DNA from: Felis catus | Taxonomy: Eukaryota | Assembly: GCF_018350175.1 (NCBI RefSeq) | Contig: NC_058373.1 | Span: 110,362,001-110,426,000, forward strand | DNA: 64,000 nt | Direction: 5' to 3' | In this document: positions 38,521 through 49,750 of the stretch, piece by piece | How the letters are laid out: every line of letters begins with the position of its first letter | How positions within the stretch are numbered: position 1 is the stretch's first letter | Program-made: the position numbers and the translations under genes | Notes under the pieces: model-generated | The model's input: only the letters and a program-made list of their open reading frames with translations | Told to the model about the DNA's origin: nothing | Database searches by the model: none

Positions 38521-38959
38521 ATAATAAAAGCTTAGAATAGGGGGGCTTGGGTGGCTCAGTCATTTAAGCATCCGACTCTTAACTTCAGCTCAGGTCATGA
38601 TCTCACATTTGTGAGTTTGAGCCCCGCATGGACACTGTGCTGATGGCACAGAGCCTGCTTGGGATTCTGTCCCCACCCCCACCCCTCGCCCACCCCCCCC
38701 CACCCCCCCACCCCCACCTCTTGCCCTCTGTCTCTCTCAAAATAAATAAAAATAAACTTTAAAAAAATACTAGGATAATTGGAATAATATAATCTGGGAA
38801 GGGGAACAACGACCACTAATAACTAGACTGGTTGAGAGAGATCGTGACATAAACAAGCTTGCCTGGAGAAGTTCTCCATCTCCATCTCTCCATCTCCATC
38901 TACTTTCTCCTGACCTTTTCACTTGAATGCCCATTTCATTTGTCCTCAAAACAATATAT

Positions 38960-39695
38960 GTATGGTGGTTTTAAAACATGTCCACAAATTCTTCAACATT
39001 CCTCCCTTCAAAAGGTGGAGTCTAACCTCCCCTTGAGTATGTGCTAGATTTGTGACTCTTTTTTTTTAAAGTTTATTGACTTGAGAGAGACAGAGACAGT
39101 GTGAGTGGGAGAGGGGCAGAGAGGGGCGGGGGGAGAGAGAGAATCCCAAGTAGGCTCTGCACTGCTGGCATGGAGCTCGATGTGGGGCTCAAACCCATGA
39201 ACTGAGAGATCATGACCCGAGAGGAAACCAAGAGCCAGAGGCTTAAGTGACCAAGCCACCCAGGCACCCCAATGACTCGTTTTTAATGAATAAATTATGG
39301 CAGAAGGGATGACATGTAGCTTCCATGAGTAGGTCATAAAAAGCACTGAGGTCTCTTTCTGGCTGGCTCCCTTGGATCACTCATTCCAGGGGAAATTAGC
39401 CGCCATAATGTGAGGACACTCAAGCAGTATCATGGAGGCCCTCTGCCAATGCCCAGCAAGCAACACAGCCTCCAGCCAATGGCTCTGTGAGTGAGATATT
39501 TTGGAAACTAACCTGCCAGCCCCAGGCAAGCCTTCAGAGGAACTGTAGCCCTGGCCAGCATCTTGACTCCAACCTCCTAAGAGGAGCTAAGCAAGAACCA
39601 TCCAGCTAAGCTACTCCTGGACTCCTGACTCTCAGAAAATGTGTGTGATGTTATGTTTGTCAGTTAAGCTGCTAAATTCTACAGCCCTAGATAAT
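38960..39695 (+). mobile_element. MLT1 (F-like) MaLR LTR with nested SINE
   Basis: CCACAAATTCTTCAACATTCCTCCCTTCAAAAGGTGGAGTCT...TGTGAGGACACTCAAGCAG...CCAGCTAAGCT...TAAGCTGCTAAAT. Confidence 0.75.
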
Positions 39696-40927
39696 TAATA
39701 CAATATCCAAGGTAAAATTCATCATTTTCCTCCCCCAAACCACTCCTAATTTCCTACTTGTGTTAATGACAAAGCCCAGTACAGTTAGCTTTGACTTCTC
39801 CCCTGCATCCAATTACCTTTAATCACCAAGGCACACTTTTTTTTTTTTCCTCCCAGTGCCTTTTCCTCGTGGTCTGTCTGCCACCATCTGAGCAAGCTCT
39901 CATTACTTCTTATCTGTGCATCTGTAATAGACTCCTTACCACTCCTGGTCTCCAGTGAGCTCCTTCTCCGGGTCCATACAGCTGCCAGATTAACATTCTT
40001 GAAACCCAGCTCTGATCAGCCCTCTGCTTCCCACCAGCCCGTGTAATCAGTCACACTCTTCCAACATCCAAGGCAATCCATGCCACTGCCCCAAGCCACC
40101 ATCCCACCCTAATCTGCTGTTTGCCTACAGGAGACCTGCCGTGTCCGTAAGAAATATGCAAAATGCATCGTGGAGTGGCTGGCATTTCGTACCTTAGCAC
40201 TTTTTTCACCCTTAGCTCCTCTATAATTACTTGCAAATGTAATCCTCCTTATCAGAACAGCACTGAATCATCCTTGTAAATGGCAGAAGTAGGATTAGAA
40301 CTCAAGCTCCTTGAAGGCACACGCTATTTTTATTCACCTTCCACTACAACTCAATAAATATTTGTTATTATGAAAGACTATGAGGGGGGCGCCTGGGTGG
40401 CGCAGTCGGTTGAGCGTCCGACTTCAGCCAGGTCACGATCTCGCGGTCCGTGAGTTCGAGCCCCGCGTCAGGCTCTGGGCTGATGGCTCGGAGCCTGGAG
40501 CCTGTTTCCGATTCTGTGTCTCCCTCTCTCTCTGCCCCTCCCCCGTTCATGCTCTGTCTCTCTCTGTCCCAAAAATAAATAAAAACATTGAAAAAAAAAA
40601 TAAAAAAATTAAAAATAAAAAAATAAAAAAATAAAAAAAAAGAAAGACTACGAGGAAATGTAAGATTTCAGGCACTCAGGGGTGTCAGCCAGAGATGGGA
40701 GCACCGTTTGTAGGCATGGTACCGTGCTGAGACAGGAGAGAGCTCGAGGAGTCCCGACACACGCACTCTGCCTGCAGAGGGCTATCGTGTCAGGTAAAGG
40801 AGGCAGGAAAGACCAGGAGAGATGCTAAGGCACGAGCACAAATGTGCTACAACTTAAAATCGACATTGACTGACCATGAAAGACAGGAGAGAGAATGGTA
40901 ACTGGAGAAGAATATAGTGTCCAAAAA

Positions 40928-40930
<3 letters not shown>

Positions 40931-40979
<49 letters not shown>
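40931..40979. repeat. (TA)n microsatellite
   Basis: Direct reading. Confidence 0.95.
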
Positions 40980-40985
<6 letters not shown>

Positions 40986-41444
40986 TTTATATACATTTCA
41001 CACAAAAAATCAATGTGCATGTGTTAATGACAGAATTTCATATGTCCATTACTTAGATTCCTAATCAACACATACAATCCCTGATTCCTAACAGAAAATA
41101 TGCAGAATAAACCATATAATAGTAACTATTGTCAAAACTAGCAGTTTCCAAACTTTTTTTTTAAGTGGTGGTAAATCACACATCAAGCTTATGGATATGT
41201 TAACCACCCTTATTTTTTTTTTTATTTTTTTTAACGTTTTATTTATTTTTGAGACAGGGAGAGACAGAGCATGAACAGGGGAGGGTCAGAGAGAGGGAGA
41301 CACAGAATCTGAAACAGGCTCGAGGCTCTGAGCTGTCAGCACAGAGCCCGACACGGAGCTCGAACTCACGGACCGCGAGATCATGACCTGAGCTGGAGTC
41401 GGCCGCTTAACCGACTGAGCCACCCAGGTGCCCCAATGTTAACC

Positions 41445-41788
41445 TCTTTAAAATGCACAGTTCAGTAGTGTTAAATATGTTCACAGCATTGTGCATCTCC
41501 AGAACTCTTTCCATCTTGCACAACTAAACTCCCCACCTGTTAAACAAGAGTTCCCCAACCTACTCCTCCCCCAGCCCCTGGCAACCACCATTCTACTTTC
41601 CGTCTCTTATGGATTTGACTACTCAGTACTGCATATAAGTGGAATCATACGGTATCTGTCCTCCTGTGTCTGGCTTATTTCACTTAGCACAATGTCCTCA
41701 AGGTTCATTCATATTGTCTCGTGTGTCAGAATTTCCTTCCTTTTTAAGGTGGAATAATATTCCATTGTGTTTATGCACCACATTTTGT
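41445..41788 (-). mobile_element. L1M-type 3'UTR fragment (left arm of local inverted duplication)
   Basis: CCCCAGCCCCTGGCAACCACCATTCT...TGGCTTATTTCACTTAGCACAATG. Confidence 0.85.
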
Positions 41789-42730
41789 TAGTCAAGAAAG
41801 GGTTTAATTTTTTTTTAATGTTTATTTATATTTGGGGGGTGGAGAGAGAGAGAGAGAGCATGCGCACAAGTCGGGGAGGGGCAGAGGGAGGGAGACAGAA
41901 TCCAAAGCAGGCTCCAGGCTCTGAGCTGTCAGCACAGAGCCCAATGCAGGGCTCGAACTCACCAGCCATGAGATCATGATCTGAGCCAAAGTCGATGCTT
42001 AACCGATGGAGCCGCCCAGGTGCCCCAATCAAAAAGGGCTTTAACGTTTATTTATTTTTGGGACAGCGAGAGACAGAGCATGAACGGGGGAGGGGCAGAG
42101 AGAGAGGGAGACACAGAATCAGAAACAGGCTCCAGGCTCTGAGCCATCAGCCCAGAGCCCAACGCGGGGCTCGAACTCACGGACCGCGAGATCGTGACCT
42201 GGCTGAAGTCGGACGCTCAACCGACTGCGCCACCCAGGCGCCCCTCAAAAAGGGTTTTAAACAGAGATGCTTGAAAACATTTACAGGTCCATGGAAATAA
42301 CCTAGGTTAGAGCAAGTGGTTGAATCTAGAAGAAACACAGGCATTGGTAATTAGCTCACTGGTAATGTTTAGATGGCAATTCCATGACCATCAGTATTGT
42401 GATGAGCCATCTATCCCTCAATCTGTCCTGAAAACACCTCTCCTATTTCAATCCACCTACACATGTGCTCGTTCTCTGTACTTTATGTTTCTTATACTGT
42501 ACCTTGGTGACTGTATTTTAGCTCATTGTTTTTGCTATGTGATCTCAGCATATCTTGTGCATCCAGCTGTTTAATCAAAAAACATTTAAAGTACTTTAAC
42601 AACATAACTTAAACAGTACACATTATAACAACGGAGAGGAAAATACTGAAGGTAGCATGCTTAACAAATTGTATTTATGTATAGTAAAATGTAACCTGGA
42701 GGTAATACATTTTGCATTTCTTGACTATAT

Positions 42731-42768
<38 letters not shown>

Positions 42769-42776
<8 letters not shown>

Positions 42777-43009
42777 TGGTGCATAAACACAATGGAATAT
42801 TATTCAACCTTAAAAAGGAAGGAAATTCTGACACACAAGACAATATGAACGAACCTTAAGAACATTGTGCTAAGTGAAATAAGCCAGACACAGAAGGACA
42901 GATACCATATGATTCCACTTATATGCAGTACTGAGTAGTTGAATCCATAAGAGACAGAAAGGAGAATGGTGGTTGCCAGGGGCTGGAGGAGGAGTAGGTT
43001 GGGGAACTC
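42769..43009 (+). repeat. Inverted copy of 41548-41788, between (CA)n and (TG)n
   Basis: Manual alignment: 241 bp, 12 mismatches, no gaps. Confidence 0.9.
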
Positions 43010-43021
43010 CACATATGGGGA

Positions 43022-43068
<47 letters not shown>

Positions 43069-46000
43069 ACCTACCCAATTTAATAAATAAAAGTATATCC
43101 AAAAACTAGTGTGGTCACTGTGGTGAGTATACACATTGCATGCAGGAAATTATGAAGCAGGGCAGCAGTGAATGTTAGAGTAACAATTTGAGCAAGACTT
43201 CAAGTTAATACACAATTAATAATAAAATCCGTTGAATGGTTTAAACAAAAAAACATTCTCAACATTTTGGTCAATCAAGGTTTTACTGAATTTCACGTTG
43301 TCTCAACTTTATATTGCCCTAAAGAAAGGTACTCAGCGTCTTAGCATAAGTAATTCAGCAAAGCCAACACAGCCACCTATCAGAAAACCACTGCAATCTT
43401 TTACTTTCGTTAGGCCTCTTACAAACACAAAGCTCGTACTGATACAAAGTGACGAACAGCAGCATGGAAATTCATAAACTTGAAATAACACTTGCTGTTA
43501 TCCAGGTGGAAAGTGAACACACAATTTAAAATGAATATGACAGCTCTCGGGAGCACAGAATCAACCCCATTACTCATTTTCACCTACAGCTGAAATGTTC
43601 ATTCTCAGCCCAGAAATGCTGAAATGACCTGTCAGACACACCGCCAAATGGCAAATGCCAGGATTCATCCAGGCGATCAATCAGGTGCCATGGTGACTTT
43701 GCTTAGGAAAACGGATTTCACATACTTATACCAATCAATTTCTCCAGAGTTTCCACACATGCCTCGCACAGTAATTCACGTGAGAGCGCTGGTTGCTGGA
43801 CAGTGATTGAAAGACCACGTTGCCTTTTGGTTGGATATCCTTTGGATGCATCCAGAGTCATGTGACATGGGACCTCAGATCATTAGGAACTTGGTAGCCA
43901 ACGCAAAGGGTTTCTCCTCTGAAGCAAAGACACAAGGGGTGATGAACCTAAATCATGGCAAGAGGCCTGATGGACAAGCAAACAAGTAGCAGACGTCTTC
44001 ACTGGACGTCTAGAAAAGTGCATGAGCAGACCTGTACCGGTTATGTGAGCAGGTCCTATTGAAACTGGGGAGACAAAATGGGTGAGGGAAAGAATCTCAT
44101 TGTAGGGTGGGAGTTTCCCAACACTTTCCTCTGAACAAGCACGCTTTGACTCAGTGAGCACAATGCCAGGTACCACAGGGAGAAACAGTCTCTCAACAGC
44201 TTAATTGCTGGGCCTGGCAGGCACCGAACTTCACCTGGCCAACCAAAGAACATGTTCCCGGACATCCTGATTCTAAGAATTAAACATTCCTTTGCGTGTC
44301 AGTTTTCTTTCGTTAGTCGCCACAGCAAAGAGTTGGCCCATAGTCCTCACGATGAACAGCCCCGGTCTTCTGTGCAGAGGCTTCTCAGCCCCACTCCTCC
44401 AGCTCACACACCGGTGGTGAGCCCTTCCGGGTCACATCTGTGTTCAGCAGGAGAGCGTTTTGCACACATGTGATGGTACACAGCGTTCTAACACACTAGC
44501 TCAGGAACACATTATAGAACTTAAACAGAAAAAAAGTTTTTAAAATTCCAAATATGGGGGCGCCTGGGTGGCTCAGTCGGTTGAGCGTCCGACTTCGGCT
44601 CAGGTCATGATCTCACAGTCTGTGAGTTCGAGCCCCGCGTCAGACTCTGTGCTGATAGCTCAGAGCCTGGAGCCTGTTTCAGATTCTGTGTCCCCCTCTC
44701 TCTCTGCCCCTCCCCCACTCATGCTCTGTCTCTCTCTGTCTCAGAAATAAATAAACATTAAAAAAAAAATTCCAAATATGAACAGTGATTCCTTGGGAGA
44801 TATTTTAAAAAGAAAAAAAAAAGCCCTAGAAAATGGTAGAAAGGCACTCCACGAAGAGTAGAATGCTATCAAATCTAGCTCAACAATAAGAAGGCAGGTG
44901 CCACCGGGCCTGTTATTACGTATATTCCGGCCCGGTGGACAGAGAAGCACACAGGGTCCAAGTCCTGACTCTGCTGAAAGCCAGGTGATGACACTCAAAT
45001 CACGTCAACTCCCTGAGCCTCCGCGGCTTCTTCAGCAGAAACGGGGACCTGCTGTGGGCTGCGTTTTTTCACAGCACTTGGATGAAGTGAAATGATGTGT
45101 GTGTGACAGCGTCCTGTGAGGGATTATCACAGTCCGGGAAGCTGACATCAGTCTATTACATGCCCCTGGACACGCCAATAGTGGGTGGCAGAACTTCTAG
45201 GCGAGGTAAAAGGCTCTTCTGACCGCCCTGAAGACTTCTGCCTCCTCGTTGTACTTTGGTAACTTCTGCTTAACAATCCATCACACCAGTCCAAACAGCT
45301 GGGCCGCTGGTAGGCTGCTAGCACCGTGTGGAGCACCCAATGCCACATTCTCCTCGTGCTGTGTTCTCAAGCCTGTCCGCCACACTTCCCCAAGCATTCA
45401 GTTCAAGCACCCCTCGTGTGTGTGCCCCATGCAACATACGTCACAAATGCATGCATTGTGTGTCATAGATGCACATTCACAAAGCAGACACCGGAAGGAA
45501 TTTGGGGGGAAAGGTACAAAATATTTAACTGTCAAGCATCCTTCATGTGTGTCTGTGGCTGTCTACCAGCCTTTGGCCTTAAATTTTCCACAGCAAAGCA
45601 CAGCTCTCGATCAACTTAGTATTCACTGGAAAGGAGAAAACACTCCAAAATCACCATGGAACTGATCATTAATAACCGATTCACATGCAACTGTTTTGTT
45701 TTGTTTTTTTAAGTAGGTTCCATGCCTAGCACGGAGCCTAACGACGCAGGGCTTGAACTCACAACGCTGAGATCAAGACCTGAGCCGAGATCAAGAGTCG
45801 GATGTTCGACCAACTGAACTACCAAGCGCCCACACACGCAACTCTTAGGAATGTGTACACATATCTTCTGAAATGAGAAAAACCTAACTCCCCTAGTAGC
45901 CCACTGGTCCTTACTGAGCTGGCTGGCAAACAGAAGTGTGAGGGCTTGAATGGGGAAGAGGACTGAGCCTCAGCCGCAAAGTCATCACACGCTAAGGAGG

Positions 46001-48687
46001 GGCAGGGAGGGGGAGCCCATCAGTCTTCACGGTCTTCGGCAAGTCTCTGCCCCTTCCAATTCCAACTGTCAGGGAAGACGTACCACTCTTAGGAAATGGC
46101 TCCTGACTGTTCACTGAATAGCATATCAAGCCGTAAAGAATACTAGCTTACAAAAGATTTTGCATCTACGTCCTGCAAGAGAATCTAAATTTCAAAGCAT
46201 GAGCGCAGAAATGAAAAAACTCTGACATCTACACATAAATTGGGCACCGACCTCATAGCCTATTAAGGAGAGTATCTGGGGGAGCCTGGGTGGCTCACTC
46301 AGTTGAACGTCTGACTTTGGCTCAGATCATGACCTCACAGTTCGGTTCGTGGGGTCTGGCCCTGGGTCAGGCTCTGCACTGGTGGTGTGGAGCCTGCTTG
46401 GAATTCCCTCTCTCTGCCTGACCCCCACTTGTGGTCTCTCAAAATAAATAAATAAATAAACTTAAAAAAAAGAAGAAGAAAGGAATGTATTCTAACTTAA
46501 GTCACAATCACTCTGTCTTATATATTTTTTTTGTCTTATATTTTAAATGTCTCCAAACTGCCATTTTCAACCACTGTTTTGTTCCTCACCATTTAATAAT
46601 GTGTAATTTCAGGTAACTTTCTTGTAACTTGAGATTACAAGTACAAAAAAAGTGTTTTTAAATGCCCAGATGATAAAAATGCAATACATTCTATCAATAT
46701 TACCTAAATAACCAATGTTTTGTAAATAACCGTGCGATTCATCTGGGATAATTAGTGACGTACATTACCAAAGCTTATCCCGCAACAGAATCCAAATGTG
46801 CTAAGAATGGAATCTACTAGTCTAACGGGAAGTTAACATGTAGCCCTATTTGCAAAATTGCTTCTTGTTGCCTCAATTTATTCCAAAGTATATAGGACTA
46901 AAACAGAAGTACACAACCCACAACCTGACTCATCCCAACAAAAAGGGGGAGGTGGGGGGGGGGGCTGAGGTTCTTTTTTGAAAAGCAAAGGAAGATCATT
47001 ATTTCTAGGTAAGAACATACCAAAGAGCAGAATGGTAAAATCAGAGAACAGCTCAGTGGTTTCCAGGCATTGGGGATGGGTGGAGAGGGTGAAGTATGAA
47101 GGCACAAAGGGGGCCTTTTGGGGAGTGATGGCACCGTTCTAGGTCCTGATTGTAGAAGCGATTATATAAATGTTCAACTGTCAGAATTCCCAGAGTGATA
47201 CACCTAAAGAGGCTAGATTTTACTGTATGTAAATTACATGGCCAAGAGCCTACCTTTTTTTAAAAGGCTATTCTGTCTAGATCCATGTGCTAGGCAATGA
47301 ATTATGAAGTATACAGTTCTCAAGTGTTCCAGATGTAATTACTAAAAAACTTACCCATAAATGATTGAAGTTCAGCCTTCAGTATTTTATAGAATTATTA
47401 TATTTTATAGGTATTCTACAAAATGACTCAAACGTGAACTAAAATGATCACAAGATGTATTTTGCATCATTAGCTGGATGTATAGAAAACTGCAGTGCCT
47501 TAAAAATGGACATAACAATATCTATAAGTGCTAATTATATTTTTAAGCATTGAATTTACTACTAAATTTTACCTTTTCCATATTATAAATTGAGGAATAT
47601 TAGTCATTAGATTCATTCGAGTCCCTCGGAACCACTATGAAATGTGTTTTTAATTGATTTCAGAGATAAGTCGTAAGTGTTACAGGACACTGGCTACTTT
47701 TGAAATGAAAATGTTTCAGTAATTCAACTGAAAAAAAAAATGCTTGGATGTCATATGGATCCTGAGATTATGCCTTAACACCTATTATTGAACAAGCCCT
47801 TACATTTTCCCTCTTCCTGAATATATACAGAAATATAGATTTTTTTGCAGAAAAAAAATAAAAGTCAAAGAATAAGTGTCATAGTCACAGCACACAGACT
47901 TGTGACAATACAGCACAAACCTTTGATTTCACATGTTCACTTAAGTAACAAACATCTTTCCCCACACACGAAGGACAACAGCCACTGTGAGTTCAGAAAC
48001 TTAAAAGTAAAAATTCCCAATGGAATGTCCATGTGAAGGCTAAAAATCTAACAACCAAGGCAAAACCCTTTCCTCCAAAGTGCCGTGTACCACACCAAAG
48101 CACAAAGTTGCTTTTTAAAAAGCTAGTAAAATTGAGTCAACCTGGTTTTCCTAAATAGAAATCCACTCAAGCCCGAAGTTTTGTTTTTCCCACAAATACC
48201 ATTCCCTCGACTAAAGTTCATGCTTCCAGTATGAATGAGACACAAACCGTAATACAAAGGGGTGAGAGCAGCAGCTGTGTTCGTCTTCTGCAAACACAAC
48301 AGACCAGATCTTAATCCCGCTCAGTTTGCCCAGGACAGAAGCAAATCTGTTTTTGTTATCACTGAGGAATGCCAGTTAATACATTTAAAACACTGGTCAC
48401 CTGCTTGATCCACGGTCCACTCTCCCAGAGTTTTTCCTTTTAACAGGCACGCATGAAGCCGGAGTTTACAAGCACAAACTAATGAAGTAAATGAACTTGT
48501 CCGCGTCTCGAATGAAAATACTTATCAGAGCATGAAATTTGTTTCCTATAATTTTCAAGACAAGTGGTTTGGGGGTGGGGGCGGGGCGGGGGGAGTTGGT
48601 CTTTTATTCTCAATATTACTGGTTTCCCATCCCGGGATTTCAAACAGAAAAGCAAACAAATCACACTATGAGCCAAGGGACACTTAC

Positions 48688-49030
48688 CTTACAGGGAAAC
48701 ACCGGCCTAGCGGTCCCTAAAATGCGGACACGTGCTTTTCCCAGAGTAGCGGCTCCCGCACCTGGCTCGCACCTGGCGCTCGGCCACCAGCTGCGGAGAG
48801 AGAGCCCACCTCGCGCAGCCCAGCCCTCGATCGCCGCAGACGGGGCGCCTGTCGCAGCCCAGGGTGGTCCCTCTCCACCCCGCAAGTTTCCAGCGGCGGT
48901 TCTCGCAGCCTCGGCGCGTCCAGCTGCCTAGCAGCAGGGACGCGAAGTGGGTTTCAACAGGTCCAGTAGCCAGAGACACTGCAAAGATCACAAACGACTT
49001 AACGAGGCGCCTCTCCTTCCTTTTAAAGAC
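48688..49030 (-). other. ESR2: ESR2 5' non-coding exon 0N (5' end approximate)
   Basis: Perfect donor AAG|GTAAGT at 48688/48687; blocks GTCTTTAAAAGGAAG, CGTTAAGTCG-TTGTGATCTTT and GGGAAAAGCACGTGTCCGCATTTTAG match the human ESR2 5'UTR as I recall it. Confidence 0.85.
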
Positions 49031-49066
49031 CCGGGGGGAGGAGGTGGGGAAGAAAGACCAAGAGCC

Positions 49067-49072
49067 CACGTG
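49067..49072. promoter_or_regulatory. Proximal E-box CACGTG (GGTCACGTGG on minus); CLOCK/BMAL1- or USF-type
   Basis: Exact motif ~40 nt upstream of the TATA-like box; further CACGTG at 48729-48734 and 49371-49376. Confidence 0.65.
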
Positions 49073-49732
49073 ACCACCCAGCCGGCTGCCAGGAAATCTC
49101 GGGAGGACGCGGACTCCCCTGCCCGGCCATCCACACTCACCTGGACGTAGGGAGAAGCCCCAGGGAAAGGCCTGCCACCCTCGAGCGCTTCACAGTCACC
49201 CTCAGGGGGAGCAAAGCACCCCTGGCGCCCTTCCCCCCCGTCTTGGATTTAGGGAGTCTGGGGGGTGGGGCCTGAGAACGTGCACTTCTAACTAGGTTCA
49301 GGGTGCGGCTGCAACTGATGCTGCCCGGCTGGGGACCACACTTTGCGGCTCACGTCCCTAGACCCTCACCCACGTGAGTCTGAGAGGGGCTGGATGTTTC
49401 GGCGTCATCAAATACAGAAATCTGACTCTAAGAATCTAGTGGCGGCACTAGAGAGGTTTGGATTTGCCCAATCCCGGGCAGCAAGCACAGGTTCGCGCCG
49501 CAGGAGAGGCCACGCCACGCGGGCGCGGGCGGGGGGGGGGGGGGGGGGGGGGAGGGGGTGGGGGTGGGTTCTCAGCGGCTCGCTGGGAAGACCTTTCGCT
49601 TTGGAGCAAAGATCCCAGGAGCCTTCCTCAAACTCACCTACTGCGAAGAAGCACCTGGGGGGAAATCTGTGCCTCCGCGGCGGCTGCGCCCCTCCTCCCT
49701 CTCCAGCACCTCCGTCGGGCTCTCCGCAGGCG

Positions 49733-49750
49733 CGCGCCCCCTGGTGGCAG
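49733..49750 (-). promoter_or_regulatory. Consensus CTCF motif
   Basis: Minus strand CTGCCACCAGGGGGCGCG matches the core CCACCAGGGGGCGC. Confidence 0.75.

Larger units (their letters stand above)
36861..46470. mobile_element. Dispersed intron-1 CanSINEs (~36861+, 37583+, 38540+, 39059-, 40386+, 41211-, 41808-, 42040-, 44557+, 45697-, 46279+)
   Basis: SINE consensus, many with TSDs; the span also includes non-SINE DNA. Confidence 0.88.
1..49030 (-). other. ESR2: ESR2 (estrogen receptor beta, NR3A2) transcription unit, 3'-partial; remaining LBD exons lie left of the window
   Basis: Five phase-consistent coding exons giving the ERbeta NTD, both C4 zinc fingers (P-box CEGCKA), hinge and LBD start, plus a 5' non-coding exon in a CpG island. 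Confidence 0.98.
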
